A DNA stretch of 64,000 bases, from the NCBI GenBank assembly GCA_907165135.1, contig OU015568.1:16503208-16567207 (forward strand). The letters are read 5' to 3'. This DNA comes from Oikopleura dioica (Eukaryota > Animalia > Chordata). The first letter of the stretch is position 1. Each line of letters begins with the position of its first letter. Under the pieces are notes generated by a model. That model had not been told where the DNA came from. It saw only the letters and a program-made list of their open reading frames with translations, and made no database searches. The position numbers and the translations under genes are program-made. Shown here piece after piece: positions 55,828 through 64,000 of this stretch.

Positions 55828-56850
55828 TCAACCTGTAAATCTTCTGAGAGTGATATTCAGTTCAGCTTCAATTATATCTAACAGTGTCTCTCTTTTCTTT
55901 CTGAGCTGGTATGTGATGGGCGATTTTCTGAAACTCGGGAGAGGATGCTCTTCTCGCGAGGGGATAAAGGGTACCATTACGCGTTGACAAGGCGGGTTAC
56001 GTGCAAAGTCTGAGACCTTTAACACTTTGGGAAACTGTATCTACCGCGTCATTTGTAGTAAAGCCCTTGCGGTTGATCAAATAAAACAGCCACTGTAAAT
56101 TTAAAAATGGTAATTTACGAGTTTTTTATAGTAAAGTAGCTTCTGGATTTCAAAATGTTACTGTAATCGGGGTAAAACGAGTTCAAATTACTGACTCAGT
56201 TCAAATGTTGACTCGGCATTTCAGTCATATCTACCGTTTCTTCTTGGCATTTGAATATCTCAGAAACTGGCTCCAAAATGTTAAGTCTTTAATTTGGCCT
56301 TAGGGCTCTAATGCCTTGTTGGACACTGGTGTTAGGCACGCAATACGTCGCTGCTTCACGCTGGCTCATGAAATATTCATTAATTGTACCATATAATATG
56401 CTATCAATACGGTGTGATTTGTTCACCGTGGAAGGCGCTATTCAAGACAAAAAGGAGAAAGAGGAATACTCACAAATGATATGGTCAAGCTTGAGGAAAA
56501 TTGATGGAAAACCTGTTTTAAAATCTGAGTCAGGTTTTTGAAAGAGGTTAAATAATAAGCCGCTTTTTTAATGAATCAATTTGAGCGCCCTGGAAAAGTC
56601 GCTAAATGTCGCTGAATGTCGCCGAAAGTCGCTGAATGTCGCCGAATGTCAACCAAGTTTCTTTCGAAAATTCTGTTTTCAAAAATGAGTGGCGACATTC
56701 GACGACTTTTTCAGTGTCGCCCAATTCATTAATAAATATTTCAGTTCTCGGGTTTTTTGATCCTGCGTGACAAGATCGCGCATTGTACCTTAACTTGACC
56801 ACCAGTACAGGTAACGAACGACGTGCAAAAATATTCCCTGTCTTTTGCTC
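55828..56850 (-). CDS. Possible uncharacterised multi-exon gene
   Basis: Several short coding-like frames bounded by ag/gt (e.g. PSTVNKSHRIDSILYGTINEYFMSQREAATYC; SPITYQLRKKRETLLDIIEAEL); no motif recognised. Confidence 0.25.
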
Positions 56851-57246
56851 TCCCGTTGACAAGGAACAATTTTATAGCCGCACTATAAATTGAGAAAAGA
56901 GACTTACTTTTCGAGTGAAATCAAGGAAGAGTCGCGGAAGGGGCTCTCGACTGATTTATTTAATTCTTTTGACCTCTGAAATTGGCCCGAGTGGAAGTGA
57001 CTTTAAAACTCTGAGTCCTGCTCGAGATTTGTTGCATCAGTTCATTAGCTCAAGTGCATTCCGTTAATTCCGACACCACAGAAGACGACAAAGGGGGCCT
57101 AATTAACCCCTGAGGAGGTCACGCCTTTGTTTTTTTAAACTCCGATCATGCGCCACTCATTCTTGTTTGTGAATCTTCCTGTCAAACTTTGAAAACCAAT
57201 CTATTTTTCTCTGATTTTTACAGTAACTTTCTCTCTTCGATTTATT

Positions 57247-60200
57247 TTACAAGCTACAGAAATCAACAGGAGTGACGAAAACAATTGGATTCATGGTTCT
57301 TCTTCCTTGGTCCGCAACAATGTCGCTTGACAGAAAATTTTCGTAAGAATCTCATTCTGGTTTTCACAATTCATTCAAAAAATAATTAAACGATGATCAA
57401 CCTATGCCTAGATTAATTCTTTGAATGGAGTAAGTATAGCCATTCTGATAGAATCCTGGAAAAACAAAGATGGTGTCGTCGACCAAAATGGCTGATGCGA
57501 AGAAAGTGGCCTACAAGATTGAGTCTAAGCCGGAGAATATTATGTTTTTTCGAGTTACTTTTGCTAGTTTTCCAATCATAGCCCATTTGTTGTCCATCAA
57601 TCGCCAGATTTCATCCAGCTCTCCGAAAAAATTCTTATCATCATACCCTCCAATCGTCAGCAAGCTTCCTGAACTAACTCCGACAAGAGCAGAACTGCCA
57701 ATCCATCTTAAATTTTGGTCATAATTCAAAAAGTAGTATCGTTTGAACCTTGGATGGGAGGCAACAGGGATCCAAATTCTCCTGAGTGTTTCTGTTGATC
57801 CTTGCGCATCTTTTCCTCCACCTACTGTCACTGGTCGACCGTAATACAGGCCCAGACCACTGTGAGAGCGAGGTTTGTTCGTCATCGACATAACCCAAGT
57901 CACCCTCGATCCGTCAAATTCTTCACAGCGCATCTTGGTCACAAGATCGAAGCAGACCATTGCTTTGTCGCCATTTTTAAGAGTTAGTGCTGCATGCGAG
58001 TAGTAGTACTCCCCGGCAAGCTGCACTGAAAGCTGTCTAAATTTGCAACCATCCAACATTGCGATCTACCAGAGTTTAATTTTCCTTTGTTGTTTTGTTA
58101 TTATTTACCCTCTGATTTTGATTTTCAAATCCTCCGAAGATGTAAAGATCATCATTAATAATCGCATGCTTTGAGCCGAATGTATATCTTGAAATAGTTT
58201 CGCTGTAATAATCCTGTAATTCCTCAGTCGGGGGTTCGATAGAAATCATTTTACTGATTGAGCCATCGCCGAAAAACGCGTAGGGTTGATGGGAACGGGC
58301 AGTATCAGAGAGAATGACGGCTATCTGAGTCGGTTCGTCGGTAGAATAAATAAAATTCATGATTTCTGTGACGCGATCAAATTTATAAACTCTTGTTCTT
58401 CTGTCTTTAATTGTTTCAAGCCCAATCATCTGCTTTTTCTCCTCGTTGATTTCGATGGTAGTTGATTGTGGTGAATTCTTTGAAAAGAATTTAAGCTCGA
58501 TTTCTGTGAACCCTGATGAATTCGAATTGACAAGAAAAGGTTCACTCAGGAAGTCAGAATCAATCCACAAAGATTTGTTGACAGAAGTTCCAAGGCTGAA
58601 GAACGAGCTTTTATCGAAAAACTGCAATTCGATGATTTTCACAGCCGAGTCGATTTCACCTAATTTCAATTGAAAATTGATGGTCTCTGTCTCTTGATCC
58701 AGCTTCAATTCAAGACTTGAAATGTGTGTGAATTCTTCGAGTGAAGAAAAGCGATTTCCAGGGACAATAGTTTTTGGGTAAGGTGGAGAAATAGAGTTTG
58801 CGCCTCGAGGAAATCGTGGCTGAAGACCCTGATTTTTTGAAAAAGCTGGGAAAACGTCATCGTGGAAAATGAAAAACGGATTGCTTGTCACGTGCATTCT
58901 TTTTGTGGCATTTTGCTGGACAAAATCGAGTTCGATTAGGTCGAAATCAAATTTAATCTCAAACGTCGCATCAAACACATAGTTTTGAATATAGATCTTG
59001 TCATTGTTGATGACCCCATTTCCAAAGTACTCGCACTCATCGTTGTTGTTTCCAAGCAGATCTGTGTAGTTCGGGTCATACTCCACAAACAACCTGGAGT
59101 AGCATCGGGATTTTTGATCGTATCTGACGAGAGAGCCAATCCATTCACTAGCAAGAGTGAGGAATTTTCCATCTGCTTCGAGTAACAATGAATACAGCGT
59201 GTTTGAAAGAACGATACTCCTAGTCACTAGAATCAGCAGAAGACGACCCAGATCTATTTACTGAGGGTTGAGGAAGCATTTTACAAGAGCAATAGATTCA
59301 TTCTTTTCAACCCTTTTCAACGGAACAACATGAACAAGGTCTAGATCCCTAAATTCTGCCGGCAAAGCGATCTCGTTCTTTTTCCAGCCTTTTTCCATTT
59401 CCTCGTTTTTTCGAATCCTATTCAGCGCAGTAGTGGTTGATAATTTGATGAACCGTTCACCAAGTCTGGCACTCATCAGATAGAAAATACCTTTGAAGCT
59501 AGCAGAAGATAACTTTGCGTTGAAATGGTTGCTGGCGATGAAGCCTTGGGCCTCTTCGAAGCGATTCAAATTATAATCTGGGGCGTAATAGAAGCACTTG
59601 TCCGACCTTCCTGTTGGAGAGCAAATGACGACCACGGGGAATATCTTCTTGTCGTTGTCCTTTCGGCGGATTTCGATTTGATGAGTTCCAATAGACGATC
59701 CAAAGTGGAAAACAAAGAACCCACTGAAAAACATTTAATCAACTCGAAACTAGATGTCTATCTAACAGTCCCTGCTTTCGGTTTTGAATAAACATCGACG
59801 ATTTTCTGGTCTCTCTTATTTTCATCAGACTCCCTCTCGCATCGACCAAAAAGTGCTCGCCATTGAGAAAAGTGGCACCGGTTGACTTTTCCGTTTTTTG
59901 CCAATTATTTCAAAAAATAACAAAAATACCTTAACTCTAAGGCTTTAAAAAACTTTCATAAGGAAAAAAGCGTGGATTGACATCTATCTTGACATCAGCA
60001 ATTTCTCTGCCGGGGCTAGTGAAGTCCGTTAGCGCAAAATTAAAGTTCTTTATTGGAATTTTGTTTGACTCGCGATCCCCCCAGCGACTAGTGATCAACT
60101 CATCATTATAATCGTCTGCTTTCGATCCCGTTTTGATGTTTCCCGCAACTGACTTTCGTAAATCAAGAATTGGAATCAATTTCTGATGCGACTCATCCAA

Positions 60201-60750
60201 CTTTTCACATTTGTAAAACAGACAAGGGCATCCATTCTCGCAGTATTTTTCACCCGGGCAAACTTCTCCCGCAGAATCAAAGGATCGAGAAAGCTCGAAA
60301 CAAATCGACTCGCAGGGCGAGGTCGGGTTAGTCCTCGTTGTCTCCAAAACGAGCGTTTTCGAACAAAGATGGCGGCAGATTTTTGCATCATAGAACCTTT
60401 TCTTCTTGCAGCGGCGCAGATTCACTTCATTTTCTTCCTCAGAGAAAATCATCGCTTCAACTCGCTCTGTCTTGATTTCAGAAATTCGCTTAGGAAGGAT
60501 GAATCTTTGTGTTTCTTTGCATCGTTTCATCAAATAACCGCAATAGTCTGTCGATTCTATTTGCACGCATTTCTTGTAATTTCTATGGCAAGTCGAGGTC
60601 AAAAAAGTGGTCACAGCTCTTGATCTTTCCAAAGAAAACCAATTTGCTGAGGTAATTTTTAGAGAAATTATTGTGATAAAAGTTACCTAAAAGCATGACT
60701 GAAATCCAGAAAATAGAACCGACGACAACATAACCAGCTTTTTGTTTCAT
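57247..60750 (-). CDS. Large membrane-anchored or secreted protein with a Cys-rich N-terminus and Kelch-like beta-propeller repeats
   Basis: N-terminal hydrophobic GYVVVGSIFWISVMLLG; VCPGEKYCENGCPCLFYKC; PVTVGG...W, LLTIGGYDD...W, LYIFGG repeats; terminal exon NPIVFVTPVDFCSL*. ORFs 59937-60632, 59258-59734, 58076-59227 and 57511-58059 are joined by short introns or indels. Confidence 0.7.
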
Positions 60751-62492
60751 TGTTGAGTTGCCATGCTTTTTCAACCCATAAGATGTCACTTTTTTATACT
60801 TTTTGTCGGAAGAAAGGTCAATTCCCCGACACACACTTTTCGCGGGCCACCACGACGCGATTCAGAAAGCTACTAGCCAAAAAAAGTAGCGCTATGGAGC
60901 ACAACGCGCCAGTTTCAAAGCTCTCCAGTGGAGAGGGTCTCCACAATTTTCGATTCACCCTCCTTGAAATTTCTTCTGATTCTTAATTTTTAAATGATAA
61001 GCTTTCATTATCCTTCTCCCCGCTAGTGCTTTTCATATGAGCGCGTGCGCTCCGTTGCGCCCCAACATCTAGGCTAGTAGAGCGGTGTGGTTGGCTCTGC
61101 TAAAAGTGTATGTCGGGGAATTGTCCTTCTATCCCTTTTTGTCTTTCAGATCATGTTTCTGAGTGTGGATGCTGCGAGAATTCAAAACTTCTTCAGGATA
61201 AAGGTAAATTTTCTTTCCTTTTTGCTTCAAAACGCCAATGCAGTGACAATCCAAGCACTTCATAGAATGAAAAATTAAATAAATTTTTAAGTCATAAAAC
61301 CTCTATTTTTCGCCCGGCCAACCAATTTGAATAATCGCGCTGCGCTTTTTCAGCAACCATTTTTGATTTTCTCTCTCTAAGAAAAAGAGCTTTGCTGTCT
61401 TCTTCAAAAAAGTGTGGTACGAAACAAAATTGCTTGTTCCTTTTAACATTTAAATTTTGTCATTTTAATTCCGCTTCAGTTGGATTTCAGTCGCTTTGAC
61501 GTGCTTTTTAAGGTCGGCGAAGTTTTTTCCCGCTAAACTCATTTAAACTGATTTTGGATAAGTCACGGTTATTTCAGTTAAACTCTTATCGTTTTAAATT
61601 GTAAGAATTCGTTAAAGACAGGATTATATTTCATCTGCTTTTATGCGAGGCCCTGAAAAAAACCGTGAAAGTCATTAATCGATAGCGAATTTTGAAAGTA
61701 ACATTTTTATATCGATTTTACTGTACTAGCATCCGTATGGCCGATAAAAATTTTATTCAAAATCTTGCGATTCGCGAAATTTGCATCAATTCAAAAAAGC
61801 TGTTTTTGGCAATTTATTTTCGAATGCAAGGAGTTTGGAGATAAAAGATTGCATTTCAAACATTGTGTGGAGCTAAATAAATTTAAGCTAACTTGTAAAG
61901 CGTTAGTTATTTGCGGTCTGATAAAGGATTCGACTATATTTTAGAGCAAAATTAAGAGAAGTAATAAGAGTTAGTAAGAGAACTAGCAAATTTAATTAGG
62001 TATGAATTATTCGGAATAATTGAAACCTCGATGATCATTATCTAATTGTTCGGAATATAAGGGGGAGGTGGTCGGTTTAAAGACTTCTTTTTAAAAGCAT
62101 AACTGCATGAATTCATTATAAGAAGTTTTTTATTCGCTTTTTTTTATTTCGACTTATGGAGAAATTTTTGGTCAAAGTGGACCCTATTCTTAACAAGGAT
62201 TCCGGCCAAATCCTCGCAAATTTTGAAAATTGAACCGGTAAAATATATTTTCGAGACAAAAAGAAGAAGGCAAACCTTGAGAAAAATAAGCGATAAACAG
62301 CCGATTTTTGGAATGCTCTCTTGATAAAATTATCGTAATTTTAAGATGGAATCGAAAATTTTCATAAATTAAGTTTCTCCAATAAAAATAGGCTTGAAAC
62401 CTAAAATACTCCTTTTTTATCGAGGAATCTTGAGAAGAAATCAAAATTTTAAGAAGTCGAAAAAAATCCTGACCACCTCTCTCTAAGGTAGT

Positions 62493-63573
62493 TTAAATTT
62501 CGGCAAACGTTTGATAGAAGAAATTCTTTACGGTATAAGGAGTTGCTGGAACGAGCCAATCACTAGCTACGAAGAATTGAAGATCCCCAGAGCTTTTGCC
62601 GCCGCTTGCAGGATAGCTGCCTGTCCGCATTGTAATCCCATCAACTTGTATTTCGAAGTTCAATTTTGACAAATTGGCATCTTTTCGAACCTCGACGGAA
62701 AATGTATACCATTTATCGATGGTGCAGCTTCTAAATTGAGTCCCGTCAGAATGATTCAAATGATCTCCTTCTGGATTATTCGTTTGGATAGTCAATATAT
62801 TCTGGTTCGGATTTCGATAAATTGCGAAAGTTTGACTTCCAGGCGTGTTTAGCTCGTTCCCATCAGTCACATGAAGCACATTTCTCGTATTGTCATAGGG
62901 CGAATATGGAGCGCAGTATACGTCGGCGGAGATTTTGTAGTTCAACGAAGCAGGTGCGGTTGCTATTTTATTGTTTCTCGATGGAGAGATACCACAAGCG
63001 TCAACGATTACGCTGCAGTTATCAAGTCCATCGCAAGGATCGTAGCCACAAGGCGCCGGAGTTGTCGTTGTTGTTGTAGTTGTTGTTGTTGTTGTTGTTG
63101 TAGTTGAAGTTGTTGTTGTTGTTGTTGAGGTTGTTGTTGTAAATGTAGTTGTCGTTGTCGTTGTTGTCGTTGTTGTTGTCGTTGATGAAAGTGCAGTTAT
63201 AGGTGAGCAGGTCAAAGTCGATCCCATTAAAAGATTTCTAGATTTGTTTAGATTCGAAAATGTGGAAAATTTACCTGTTGATGATGGTAGCCTTGTCATT
63301 ACATCGAGTAACGAATTGCGGTTGGTCAGTCCAGGTAGGCGTGTAGCCAATATCGCACATCGGATTGCAACGGACTTTGGGACGGACCCGATCTGGTTCA
63401 AGATTCGGGCAATGCCAAGATCCATTCTTGATGACGAAAAAGGCTCTGGTCTCTTCAGTCTTAGCATCGCAGATGATTTTCCGCTCAGTTTTTTCCTCGG
63501 CAGTAAGGGATGGCCATTTCGGATTGTTTCTGGCAGAAACCTGTATCGCAAATAAAAATGCAACTAACTTCAT
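62493..63573 (-). CDS. Secreted protein: signal peptide, Cys-rich (sushi-like) module, poly-Thr mucin stalk, C-terminal ConA/LamG-like beta domain; exons approx. 63275-63573 and 62493-63239
   Basis: MKLVAFLFAIQVSA; C...CNPMCDIGY; short gtaaat...ctag intron; about 40 Thr in a run; DKWYTFSVEV...FEIQVDG...LQFFVASDW. Confidence 0.7.
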
Positions 63574-64000
63574 TTTCGTTCTGTATTCAAATTGAGCAGT
63601 TTCTTTTGAATTCAGAATGCCGAGTTCTATCTTTTGGCGTCTTTTTATATAGGATTTTCGACCGAAATGTCAAGACCTTTCTTGTAAGGTGCTTGGTTTT
63701 CTTGAAAAGACGACAATAGTCGAGCTAGAACGCTTTTTTTAAATAAAACGGCAAGAAAAACCGGGTACAATTCGCTAGATTTCTAAAAAAACAAGACAGA
63801 CCGAGGCTTACAACATGTAAACTAGGGCTTAAGTGTCAAAATGTCACGAGAGCCGGCGACAATTTAAGCTCTTTTTAACAAAAACTAAAAATTTTTTAAA
63901 AAGGAATTATAAAATACGACTTATTCGCCTTGAGAAGAGAAAAAAATTGTCCAGATTTTTTTTTAAACAAATCTGATTCTCGATCACCACCCATTTGCAA

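Overview
Eukaryotic nuclear DNA, not prokaryotic. Compact 40-55 nt introns, non-canonical GA/GG/GC splice donors, interstitial TTAGGG motifs and a Ty3/gypsy element all fit a larvacean tunicate such as Oikopleura dioica; the organism is inferred. Genes, left to right: a ~21 kb receptor guanylyl cyclase (minus, 2201 to at least 23160) with MITE-packed introns; a transglutaminase (plus, 26345-29938); a probable C-type-lectin membrane protein; a RERG/RERGL-like small GTPase; an insulysin-like M16A peptidase, apparently ending in a transmembrane helix, whose 5' part lies in a ~2.4 kb tandem duplication; a decayed laccase-like fragment; calcineurin A (minus, 45499 to ~49031); a Kelch-like repeat protein; and a secreted Thr-rich protein. 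Non-coding DNA is dominated by non-autonomous DNA transposons classifiable by their termini and target-site duplications (TSDs): hAT-like, MULE-like, Tc1/mariner-like, TTAA-GG Kolobok-like and piggyBac-like. The most notable items are a 1.9 kb hAT-like element carrying a 56-bp hairpin satellite, a young 3.1 kb LTR element with one fused, doubly deleted gag-pol ORF and a 27-nt tRNA-Leu-type PBS, and two unrelated MITEs whose TSDs are telomeric repeat. Many single-base frameshifts fall in homopolymers and are probably assembly errors. All coordinates and alignments were read by eye; no searches were run.
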